Positions 1-8,900 of a stretch of 64,000 nucleotides of DNA are shown one piece after another. The notes under the pieces were generated by a model, which did no database searches, was not told where the DNA came from, and saw only the letters and a program-made list of their open reading frames with translations. Both the position numbers and the translations under genes were made by a program. Numbering within the stretch: the stretch's first letter is position 1; each line of letters opens with the position of its first letter. The stretch is from Candidatus Latescibacterota bacterium (GTDB lineage: Bacteria; Latescibacterota; UBA2968; UBA8231), in contig OZ241867.1 in NCBI GenBank assembly GCA_965203175.1, positions 2,624,001 to 2,688,000 of the forward strand, given 5' to 3'.

Positions 1-660
1 CTCCAGCGCGCGGCCAACTCGCAGGGCTTCGCGCAGGGTGTAGGGGCTGCCAGCCGCGTCGTGCAACAGATCGACATCCGGGCCGACGTGATCGCGGATG
101 GTGCGCGACCACGCGATGTTGGTGTCCGGGGGACTGGACCAATGATCTTTGAGCGCCACAAAGCCTGCTGCGAGTGCTTGGTCTGCTCCTTCTATGGCGG
201 CGTCGAGACTGCCGGAGGGGAAGTTGTAATAGGCCCGACAGCGCGGGCGGGTCCGGCCAATTAGGGCACAAACGGGGAGGCCGGCGGCTTGCCCGGCGAT
301 GTCCCAGAGGCAATTGTCAAAAGCTCCGTGCCAGCCCGGGCGCGAAAACAGCGAGCGGGTAGCCCAGCGCAGCTTGTCGTCGAGCTGCTCGCGGTCGAGC
401 GGGTCTTGGCCGACGGCCATGATTCGCAGGGCCTCCAACTCCTCGCGGCGCATGGTTTGATAGCGGGCGTCGCCGACGGTGCAGATGCCCTCCAAGCCTT
501 CGTCGGTCAGCACGTGCAACACGTGGATAGGGGCCTTGGTGCGGCGGTGGCCGCAGGCCCGCCAGCGGGTGCGATGGCCGTAGGGGACTTGTTCTAGATC
601 GAAGAGGGGGGTGGTAGCTGGAAGCTCAAAAATCGAGAGTTTGATGGCTGTGATTTTCAC
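1..660 (-). CDS. Mandelate racemase/muconate lactonizing (enolase superfamily) enzyme, runs off the window edge
   Basis: Not in the ORF track. Manual translation from GTG at 660 gives MKITAIKLSIFELP...TDEGLEGICTVGD...DNCLWDIAGQAAGLPVCALIG...ALKDH...LLHDA, a typical MR/MLE N-domain and barrel start. Confidence 0.85.
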   Translation of the reverse strand, partial: MKITAIKLSIFELPATTPLFDLEQVPYGHRTRWRACGHRRTKAPIHVLHVLTDEGLEGICTVGDARYQTMRREELEALRIMAVGQDPLDREQLDDKLRWATRSLFSRPGWHGAFDNCLWDIAGQAAGLPVCALIGRTRPRCRAYYNFPSGSLDAAIEGADQALAAGFVALKDHWSSPPDTNIAWSRTIRDHVGPDVDLLHDAAGSPYTLREALRVGRALE

Positions 661-731
661 GATCGATTCTCTGTGTCTCCTGTTGACAATACCAAAGAGT
701 TATATTCCTGCGCCACGACGACAGTATTTTT

Positions 732-759
732 TTGCGTCCTTTTCTGGTCGCTTGCGTCT
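732..759 (+). promoter_or_regulatory. Putative ECF-sigma (SigZ-type) promoter
   Basis: TTGCGTC occurs twice, at 732 and 752 (20-bp period). CGTC is a typical ECF -10 element. It lies directly upstream of an operon encoding an ECF sigma. Confidence 0.5.
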
Positions 760-785
760 TACTGGTTAAATGAAAGGAGCGAGTT

Positions 786-1205
786 ATGCGTTTGCAATTG
801 GCCCTGAACGTCAGTGATTTGGATGAAGCCGTCGCTTATTACGGTGAACTCTTCAATGCCAAGCCTCACAAGCGGCACCCCGGTTATGCCAACTTTGCCA
901 TTGATCAACCGCCGTTGAAGTTGGTGTTATTTGAGAATCCAGAGGCGGCAGAACGCCTCAACCATCTAGGCGTCGAAGCGTTTGCAGAAGCCGAGGTGAG
1001 CGACGCCGAGCAACGACTGCGGAACGCGGGCATTTTGACCGAAGTGCAGCGGAACGAAACCTGTTGCCACGCGACGCAGAACAAAGTCTGGTCGAGCGAT
1101 CCGCAAGGCTTGCGTTGGGAATGGTATCGCATCCTCGATGACAAGCCGGTGGAGAGTGCCTGCTCTCCCCGAGATTCTGGTGAAGAAGATAGCTGTTGCG
1201 CATGA
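786..1205 (+). CDS. ArsI/CadI-family VOC (glyoxalase-like) metalloenzyme
   Basis: QLALNVSDL...GYANF...LNHLGVE...ETCCHATQNKVWSSDPQGLRWEWY, with a vicinal CC pair and a C-terminal CC. AAGGAG RBS upstream. Confidence 0.85.
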   Translation: MRLQLALNVSDLDEAVAYYGELFNAKPHKRHPGYANFAIDQPPLKLVLFENPEAAERLNHLGVEAFAEAEVSDAEQRLRNAGILTEVQRNETCCHATQNKVWSSDPQGLRWEWYRILDDKPVESACSPRDSGEEDSCCA

Positions 1206-1813
1206 CCGCTGAGAAGCAGATCGATCCGCAAGCCTACCTCGGGCAGGATTTCCAGACTAGCTTGCGCGCCTACGTGAGTCGCCGCGTCGAAGCGGGCGCA
1301 GTGGACGACGTTGTAGGCGATATCCTACTGCTACTCGTCCGCCATCGGGACCGACTCGCCGTTGCTGATGAGCCGACCGCTTGGGTGTTCCGCGTTGCTG
1401 CCAACGCGATCGCTGATCACCATCGTCGTCGCGCTGCGGAGGCACGGGCGTTGACGCAATATGCCGCGGAAATCGAGCAGAACGGTGGTGCGTCCGGCGA
1501 TGTGAGCAACGCCGCCGCAGAAATCGCCGAGTGTATGACGCCTGTTATCCGCAACCTGCCGGAACCTTATGCGGAGGCGCTGCTGCTCACAGACATCGCA
1601 GGTCTCAACCAAACAGAAGCGGCGGCTCGCCTCGGTCTTTCCACTTCCGGCATGAAATCCCGCGTACAGCGCGGTCGTTCCAAGCTAAAGCAGGCGATAC
1701 TGCGTTGCTGTGCCGTTGCGCTCGATTGTCGCGGTGAGGTGATCGACTGCGAACCGCGCAATAGCACCAAGCCCTTTTGCTCTCCTACCGCTAGCGAACG
1801 GCTTGGACCTTGA
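1202..1813 (+). CDS. sigZ: ECF sigma factor, SigZ-like, with Cys-rich C-terminus
   Basis: Region 2 (AWVFRVAANAIADHHR), region 4 (GLSTSGMKSRVQRGR) and a CC-x5-C...C tail. ATGA overlap with the upstream gene. Confidence 0.8.
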   Translation: MTAEKQIDPQAYLGQDFQTSLRAYVSRRVEAGAVDDVVGDILLLLVRHRDRLAVADEPTAWVFRVAANAIADHHRRRAAEARALTQYAAEIEQNGGASGDVSNAAAEIAECMTPVIRNLPEPYAEALLLTDIAGLNQTEAAARLGLSTSGMKSRVQRGRSKLKQAILRCCAVALDCRGEVIDCEPRNSTKPFCSPTASERLGP

Positions 1814-2108
1814 GGTGTAATCCTTCGCGCTTCTGAAGGCATCCGATAATCTCAAACAAGTTCCGGGCTTGGGGATTCCCATTGGGTCCCAACATGCGCA
1901 TCAAGCTCTTGGGCGACTTTTCGGTCAAGCCGCCTAGCTCCTGAAAACCGATGGTCGCGTTGATGTAGTCGCGCAATACCGCCTTGCCGGTTTCCATATC
2001 GCCCGAAAGCAGACACTCGACCCCTTCCTTGAGCAGTTCCTCGCGGAAGGTAGGATCGCGCTCTATACGCGCTAGGATCGTTTCCTTAAAATTTCGCGTC
2101 AGAACCAT
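1791..2108 (-). CDS. Addiction-module antidote / HTH antitoxin (HigA-like)
   Basis: RDYINATIGFQELG...KSLMRMLGPNGNPQARNLF; lies downstream of a RelE-like toxin. Confidence 0.8.
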   Translation of the reverse strand: MVLTRNFKETILARIERDPTFREELLKEGVECLLSGDMETGKAVLRDYINATIGFQELGGLTEKSPKSLMRMLGPNGNPQARNLFEIIGCLQKREGLHLKVQAVR

Positions 2109-2113
2109 AGTTC

Positions 2114-2443
2114 TTAAACCTCCCGTCGCTTGCGTCGCTTATATTCCCGCCAGAGTTCTCGGGCGGTCTCAATATCTTGTCGCTGAGACCTCTTGGTTCC
2201 ACCGCCCAAGAGAACAATCAGGGTATCGCCTTCCTTGCCGAAGTAGACCCTGTAGCCAGGACCAAAGTCTATTCGGGATTCGAGGACACCCCCACTCACG
2301 CCCTTGGCATTGGAAAGATTCCCCTGCTCCATCCGGACCAGTGTTATCGCTACTTTAGCCGCGGCTTGAGCATTGAGTCGATTGAACCATCTAGCGTAAG
2401 GGCTACGTCCTTCGGCGTCGATGTATTCCCTGATCTCAATCAT
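2114..2443 (-). CDS. RelE/ParE (HigB-like) addiction-module toxin
   Basis: GRSPYARWF...GVLESRIDFGPGYRVYFG...LLGGGTKRSQRQDI signature. Confidence 0.9.
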   Translation of the reverse strand: MIEIREYIDAEGRSPYARWFNRLNAQAAAKVAITLVRMEQGNLSNAKGVSGGVLESRIDFGPGYRVYFGKEGDTLIVLLGGGTKRSQRQDIETARELWREYKRRKRREV

Positions 2444-2482
2444 TGATAATAGGTAACAGATATGATACCATTTAGCAAGCTC

Positions 2483-2511
2483 TTATCCGCGACCTGTTGG
2501 AACCTTATGCG
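2483..2511 (+). repeat. Degenerate direct copy of sigZ nt 1545-1573
   Basis: ttatccgcgacctgttggaaccttatgcg vs ttatccgcaacctgccggaaccttatgcg (26/29). Confidence 0.85.
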
Positions 2512-2524
2512 TGAGCAATACTAT

Positions 2525-3514
2525 TCACGCCTGATCGCCGCGCACGAATCCCTCCAGCGTGGCCACGTCGTCTCTACTGCCGATGAACAGCGGCGTTCGT
2601 TGGTGTAGCTCGGTGGCTTGCAAGTCCATGATGGGCTGGGTTCCGTTGGAGGCTGCGCCGCCGGCTTGTTCGACGACAAAGGCCAAGGGCGAGGCTTCGT
2701 ATAAGAGGCGCAGCTTGCCGTTGGGCGACTTGCTGTCGCCGGGATAGAGGAAGATTCCGCCCTTGAGCAGGTTGCGGTGGAAGTCGGCCACGAGTGAGCC
2801 GATGTAGCGCGCCGAGTAGGATTGCGGACCTTCCTTGAGCTGCTTGACATAGTGGCGCACTGGCTTGTCCCACCTGGGATAATTGCCCTCGTTGGCGCTG
2901 TAGTACTGACCTCGCTTGGGAATTTCGATGTTCTCGTGCGAGAGTAGGAATTCGCCGAGACTTGGGTCGAGGGTAAAGCCGTGGCTGCCGCTGCCGGTGG
3001 TATAGACCAGCATGGTGCTGGAGCCGTAGATGATGTAGCCAGCGCAGACTTGCTCGCGGCCGCAACGGAGGAAGTCGCTGTGGGCGACGGTGTCGGTGCT
3101 TTTCTTGCGGTAGATGGAGAAGATGGTGCCGATGGAGACGTTCACGTCTATATTGGACGAGCCGTCAACCGGATCGAAGACGAGGATGTAGTTGCCGCGT
3201 GGGTGTCTTTCCGGGATGGGATAAATGTCGTCCATCTCTTCGGAGGCCATGCCCGCAAGCCGGCCTGTGTGGTCGGTGGTGCGGATTATGAGCGCATTGG
3301 CGAACTCGTCGAGTTTTTGCACCTCTTCGCCGTGGACGTTGGTGCGGCCGGTGATGCCCATTACCTCGGCGAGGCCGGCTTTGTTCACGTCGCGGGAGAT
3401 GATTTTGGCCGCGCTGGTCAGGTCGGTGAGCAGGCCGGTGAATTCGCCGGTGGCCTCGGGGTGCTGCCGCTCTTCTTCGATGATGAAGCGAGTGAGGGTA
3501 GTGCCGATTTGCAT
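2525..3514 (-). CDS. fbp: Class 1 fructose-1,6-bisphosphatase
   Basis: [48 protein letters not shown] and GKLRLLYEA. Start placed at ATG 3514. Confidence 0.95.
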   Translation of the reverse strand: MQIGTTLTRFIIEEERQHPEATGEFTGLLTDLTSAAKIISRDVNKAGLAEVMGITGRTNVHGEEVQKLDEFANALIIRTTDHTGRLAGMASEEMDDIYPIPERHPRGNYILVFDPVDGSSNIDVNVSIGTIFSIYRKKSTDTVAHSDFLRCGREQVCAGYIIYGSSTMLVYTTGSGSHGFTLDPSLGEFLLSHENIEIPKRGQYYSANEGNYPRWDKPVRHYVKQLKEGPQSYSARYIGSLVADFHRNLLKGGIFLYPGDSKSPNGKLRLLYEASPLAFVVEQAGGAASNGTQPIMDLQATELHQRTPLFIGSRDDVATLEGFVRGDQA

Positions 3515-3549
3515 GAGGGGCCTTGCATCAATTGAGGGTGTTTGACACG

Positions 3550-3588
3550 GGACAGGATAAAACAATACAATCCCGTCTATCCTGTCCA
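3550..3588. repeat. REP-like inverted repeat
   Basis: ggacaggata (3550-3559) pairs with tatcctgtcc (3578-3587). The 13-mer tctatcctgtcca recurs at 22977-22989. Confidence 0.5.
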
Positions 3589-3628
3589 TTCGTTACATTT
3601 GCAACGCTACTGAGGAGAACGAAAGACT

Positions 3629-4447
3629 ATGATTAAATTGGCGACTATGAGCAGCGCGTGTCCAGACTGGAACTTGGACGAGGTCGTCGCTGGCATGAAG
3701 CGGCACGGCTATCAGGGGTTTGAGCCGCGCGTCGAGTGGGATCACGCCTGCGGCATTGAGGCTGCGCTTGCGGCTAAAGAGCGGCGGGACATTCGCCAGC
3801 GGATGGAGGACGAGGGCTTGGAAATCTGCTGTATTGCTACGGGTGCGCGGATGGCGGTGCCCGACGCGGCAGAGCGGGCCGGGCACGTGGAGGATGTGAA
3901 AAAATACATTGACTTGGCGGCTGATTTGGGCTGTGGTTTGGTGCGGGTTTTCGGCGGCCAGCGCGGCGGGGGCCGTGAGTGGACTGCGGTCGTCGATTAC
4001 GTGGTAGAGGGTTTTGCTCAGGTGTTGCCCGCAGCGGCTGAACGAGGCGTGACGTTGCTGCTGGAAACGCACGACGATTGGTGCTGCTCGGCCCCGGTGC
4101 GAGCGGTTGTCGAGCGGGCTGGGCACCCGAATTTGCAGGTGCTGTGGGATTTTATGCATACGCAGCGGGTGCTGGAAGAGCCAGCCGAGAGCTTCCAGTT
4201 GCTGGGCGCGCACACGCGCCATATACACGCACACGACGGGACGATCGTCGATGGCAGGTTGCAGGTCAGCGATGTGCTAGGCGCGGGCGTATTCGATCAC
4301 GCCGAGCCGCTGCGCCTACTCGCGGAGTCTGGATTTGCTGGGTATTGCTCGGTGGAAGTGATCCACAAGCGCGGCAGTGGGGATCGGGCCGATGCGGTGC
4401 TTGGGCAATATGCCGAGGGGCTGCGGGGGATTGTGGCTGGTTTTTGA
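3629..4447 (+). CDS. Sugar phosphate isomerase/epimerase (AP endonuclease 2 TIM barrel)
   Basis: LETHD, WDFMH, HIHAHD and SVE metal-binding motifs. Confidence 0.85.
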   Translation: MIKLATMSSACPDWNLDEVVAGMKRHGYQGFEPRVEWDHACGIEAALAAKERRDIRQRMEDEGLEICCIATGARMAVPDAAERAGHVEDVKKYIDLAADLGCGLVRVFGGQRGGGREWTAVVDYVVEGFAQVLPAAAERGVTLLLETHDDWCCSAPVRAVVERAGHPNLQVLWDFMHTQRVLEEPAESFQLLGAHTRHIHAHDGTIVDGRLQVSDVLGAGVFDHAEPLRLLAESGFAGYCSVEVIHKRGSGDRADAVLGQYAEGLRGIVAGF

Positions 4448-4533
4448 GTGGCCAACGGTTAGTAAGTTCCTATCTTAAAACCGCTTTTGCGGGCGAGATG
4501 CCCGCGTCCCCAGACGACAAAACGGAGTGTATT

Positions 4534-5871
4534 ATGGACAGCGCGCAAAGTAGCATACGCGAGGCCCCCACTCATTTTGGCGGTCTCTTACGCAATATCG
4601 GCCCCGGCGTTGTTGTCTCTGGGTCGGTGGTCGGCTCGGGCGAGTTGTTGGTGACGACGCGGATGGGGGCCGAGGTCGGCTTTGTCTTTCTCTGGGGCGT
4701 GATCTTGGCCTGTTTGGTCAAGTTTGTGATCCAGCTCGAATTGGGCCGGCAATGTCTGTTGCGCAAGAGCAGTACCGTGCAAATCCTCGACCAAGTGCCG
4801 GGCGCGCGCTGGCGCGGCACCTCGTGGATTGCGTGGCTGTGCGTGGTGGGCTACTTCTCGGTGACGGTGGCCGTCATCGGCATCTTGGGGTCGGTGGCCG
4901 GGCTGATGGTCACGGTTTTTCCCTTTGCATCCGAACACGTGTGGGCGGTAGTCATTTTCCTCGCCATGTCGGTTTTGCTCTGGCGAGGACTGTACGGCGA
5001 CTTGGAGAAAATGGTCTCCGCGTTGGTGGCGACCTTCAGTTTAGTCGTCATCGGATCGGTGCTCGCACTGCAAGGGACGGGCTACGCAATCAGCAGCGAG
5101 CAAATCGCCTCGGGCTTCCGCTTTGCCATGCCCGCCGAAGGCGCGTTTGTGGCTTTGGCGGTGATGGGATCGGTCGGCGCGACTGCGGTCGAGCTTTTCA
5201 TGTATCCCTATTGGATCGTGGAAAAAGGCTACCCGGATTTCGTCGGGCCAAAAGACGACAGCCCGGAATGGCAGGCGCGGTACCGGGGTTGGATGCGGGT
5301 CTTGATCACGGATGCGGGCGTGTGTACGGGCATTGCGTTGGTGGTCACGTGCGCGTATTACCTGCTGGGCGCGTCAGTGCTCAATCAGCTACAAGTCTTG
5401 CCCCAAGGTATGAAGGTGGTCGAGCAAGTCTCGCTGATTTTCACCGAGAGCATCGGCGGCTGGGCGTATTACATCTTCATGTTCGGGGGATTTTGCACGC
5501 TCTTTTCCACGCTGCTGGTCTTCGCCGCTTCTTCGGGGCGGATTGGCGCTGACTTTCTGCGGCAACTGAAGGTGAGCGCGCTGGCCGGAGAAGAGGGCTA
5601 CCGCCGCTGGATTCGCATTTTCCAGATCGTCTTCCCGTTTGGGTGGCTGCTCTTCATACTGTTCGACCCGCGCACCCTCGACTTTGTGCTCAAAGGGGCC
5701 AATGCCAACAATCTGTTGCTCATTCCCATGGCCTATGCGGTGCTGCATCTGGCGATGCGGGTGCCCAAAGACGAGCGGATGTCGCTGTGGACTGAGTTGG
5801 CGCTGCTGTTTACGATCTGGGCCATTATCAACTTTACGGCGGTCAATCTGTTTAAGCTGTCGGGGCACTAG
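4534..5871 (+). CDS. Nramp-like/APC-fold membrane transporter
   Basis: IGPGVVVSGSVVGSGEL motif and about 11 hydrophobic segments. Start placed at ATG 4534 after a GGAG RBS. Confidence 0.75.
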   Translation: MDSAQSSIREAPTHFGGLLRNIGPGVVVSGSVVGSGELLVTTRMGAEVGFVFLWGVILACLVKFVIQLELGRQCLLRKSSTVQILDQVPGARWRGTSWIAWLCVVGYFSVTVAVIGILGSVAGLMVTVFPFASEHVWAVVIFLAMSVLLWRGLYGDLEKMVSALVATFSLVVIGSVLALQGTGYAISSEQIASGFRFAMPAEGAFVALAVMGSVGATAVELFMYPYWIVEKGYPDFVGPKDDSPEWQARYRGWMRVLITDAGVCTGIALVVTCAYYLLGASVLNQLQVLPQGMKVVEQVSLIFTESIGGWAYYIFMFGGFCTLFSTLLVFAASSGRIGADFLRQLKVSALAGEEGYRRWIRIFQIVFPFGWLLFILFDPRTLDFVLKGANANNLLLIPMAYAVLHLAMRVPKDERMSLWTELALLFTIWAIINFTAVNLFKLSGH

Positions 5872-5900
5872 CGGCAATGTAAAAACTGGGAGCTGTTGAG

Positions 5901-5971
5901 AAAACGCACCGGATCCAAGCGCGATCAATCGCGGCACCAAGGCGCGTGAAAAGCGGCTCAAAACTGCGAAG
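5901..5971 (+). pseudogene. Relic of a BrnA-like antitoxin N-terminus
   Basis: Translates NAPDPSAINRGTKAREKRLKTAK, matching SARGPSEINRGTKAREKRREAAK at about 10470-10538. It has no start codon and no C-terminus. Confidence 0.65.
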
Positions 5972-5998
5972 ACCAACAAGTCAACGCTTTCTCTCAAT

Positions 5999-8900
5999 AT
6001 GACCGGCCAGCTATTCACTCACTATTTCCTCACCGACGGCATAAAGGCTACGGCTGAGTGGCAAGCGTCTCTCGCTCAGCCAGAGGCGTTTATTGCGTTC
6101 AAAGACGGCGTTGCCCGGCATCACGACGCTCTCAGCCGTTCCCGAAATCCCAACGAAGCTCGCACGGAGGAGGAGCTGATTCGTCCGGTTCTGGAGCTAT
6201 TGGGATGGACCGAGTACGTGCCTCAGCCAAGTGCGGCCGGCCATGAGGACATTCCCGATCATCTGCTTTTTGCTGACGCCGACTCCAAGGCGAGGGCCGG
6301 GAATCCCTTCCAGTACGCGACAGTAGTTGAAGAGAGTAAGCGCTTTGGGCTTGCGCTCGACAGCCGGGACCGGAAGGATCGGGCGCAGCGTGGGACGCCG
6401 CACGGTCAGATTCTTCGATATTTGGCGACGGCTGAGATCGAGTCTGAGGGGCGCATTCGCTGGGGCATTCTGAGCAATGGTAGTATCTGGCGGCTGTACG
6501 ACTATCGTGCCCGGCCGCGTGCTAGCGGCTACTTTGAAGCCGACTTGGCAGAACTGCTCCAGCCCGGCAAGGAAGACGACCTCCGTGTCTTTCACCTTCT
6601 GTTTCGCCTCGAATCCTTCACGCTGCGAGATGGGGCCACTAGTACGTTTCTCGAAGAGGCACTGGCTGAGGGTCGGCGCTATGAGGAACAGGTCGCGCAG
6701 GATCTTTCAGGGGTGGTGTTTGAGCGGGTGTTTCCCAATCTCGTCAATGCGCTTGTGCAGAAATCGGAGGAAAGCCTCGTCGCGAGCCGGGATGCGGCGT
6801 TGATCTTTCTCTATCGGCTGCTGTTTGTGCTCTATGCCGAGGATCGGGGGCTATTGCCGGTCAACGATGAGCGATACGACGACTATGGTTTGCGCAAGCC
6901 CGTCCGCGATGACATTGCGAGCAGGATGGCGGCTGACGACACGTACTCGGCGATTGCTACCAATTATTACGACCATCTGACGACGTTGTTCAAGCTCATC
7001 GACAAGGGCGACGAGTCTATTGGTTTGCCGCCGTACAATGGCGGGCTGTTTGCGGTGGAAGCTGCGCCGTTGCTGGAAACGGTCCGGCTAGCCGATGAAG
7101 AAATTGCGCCCATCATCTACGATCTGAGTCACGCCGAGGATTCGCAGGGGGTGCGCCGCTTTGTCAATTACCGCGACATGTCGGTGCAGCAGCTTGGCTC
7201 AATCTACGAGCGGTTACTGGAGCGCGAGCCGGTGCGCGATGACGACGGCAACATTTCCATTCGTCCCAATCCGTATGCCCGCAAGGACAGCGGCAGTTTT
7301 TATACCTCTCAGGAACTCGTCGATCTGATTGTCGAGCGAACCTTGAAGCCGCTGGCCGAAGAGCGGCTACAAGCCTTTGAGGACAAGGCCGCCGAACTTA
7401 AGAGCGAACGCCAATCCAAGCAGGAACGGCGGGAGGAACTTGAGCAGCTTGATCCGGCAGAGGCCGTACTAGACCTCAAAGTTTTGGACCCTGCGATGGG
7501 CAGCGGGCACTTTCTCGTCACGGCGGTGGATTTTCTGTCGGATTACATCGCTGAGTTGATTGAGTACGTCCCCTCGGTTCCGGCGTGGTTGGACGGCGAA
7601 TACGCGTCGCCACTAGTGGGGCGCGTGGCGGCGATTCGGGAGGACATTCGCAAACGGGCCAACGAATCGAATTGGGTCTTGGGTGAGGCGCAGCTTACCG
7701 ACCAAGCCATTATCCGCCGCATGGTGCTCAAGCGCTGCATTTACGGGGTGGATAAGAATCGGCTGACGGTTGAGTTGGCCAAGGTGTCGCTGTGGCTGCA
7801 CAGCTTTACGGTGGGTGCGCCGTTGTCCTTTCTCGATCACCATTTGCGTTGTGGCGACTCGCTGGTTGGTCTGCGGGTGCGGGACGCTACCGATGAATTA
7901 CACCGGCTCGGCGGGATGTTTGCCAGTAGTGCCATTGCCGGGGCGGAGACGGCCACTGACGGGATGCAGCGGATTGAGGAGATGTCCGATGCGGACGTGG
8001 CGGAGGTGCAGGAGTCGGCAGAGCTGTTCGACGGGGTGGAGGAGACGACCGCTGACCTGCGCGGCTTGCTCGACTTTCTGTGCGGCTGGCGTTGGTTGAC
8101 GGCTGGAATGAAGAGGGACGAACGCGCTGAATTTGAAGAGCCGCTGGTTCGGACGCTCGGCCAGCATACGGCGAATGCTTACGAACTTTTGGCACAAGGG
8201 CCAGCGGAGAACATTTCCGACTTTTCCGAACTATGGCACAAGGCCACGTCCATTGCCAATCGCGAGGACTTCTTGCATTGGGAGGTGGCCTTTCCGGGGG
8301 TGTGGCATAGGTGGCAAGAAAGCCGTCCGCAAGGAGGATTTGACGCGGTTATTGGCAATCCGCCGTGGGATCGGATCAAGCTGCAAGAAGTCGAGTGGTT
8401 TGCAACTCGTGACCGAGAACTCGCTCTGGCACCGACGGCAGCGACGCGACGAAAGGGCATTCAGCAGTTGCGCAAACAGGGAGCGTCTCTTGCGGCTGAG
8501 TTCGACGCGGCCAAGGCGCAGGCCGAGAGCCTAAGCCAAATGGTGCGCTCCGGTGGCGATTATCCGTTGCTCAGCAGCGGCGACATCAACTTGTATTCGC
8601 TATTCGTCGAGCGGTCCATGAGCCTGATTAAGCCGGATGGTTTTGTCGGACTGCTGACGCCATCGGGCATTTACGCCGACAAGACGGCGGCCCGGTTTTT
8701 CCAATCCATTTCGACTAGCGGACGGATAGGCGGCCTGTTCGATTTTGAGAATCGTCGTCTCGGAACAGACCTGCCGCCTTTCTTCCCGGATGTGGACTCT
8801 CGCTTCAAATTCTGCGCCCTCATCGTAGGCGGCGAGGAGCGACGATTCGACCAGACCGAATGCGCTTTCTTTCTCCACGATACGAAAACGGTCCATGACG

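Noticed and set aside
4078-4533. N-terminal extension of the transporter ORF
   Set aside because: It overlaps the upstream isomerase; the RBS and family motif support a start at 4534.
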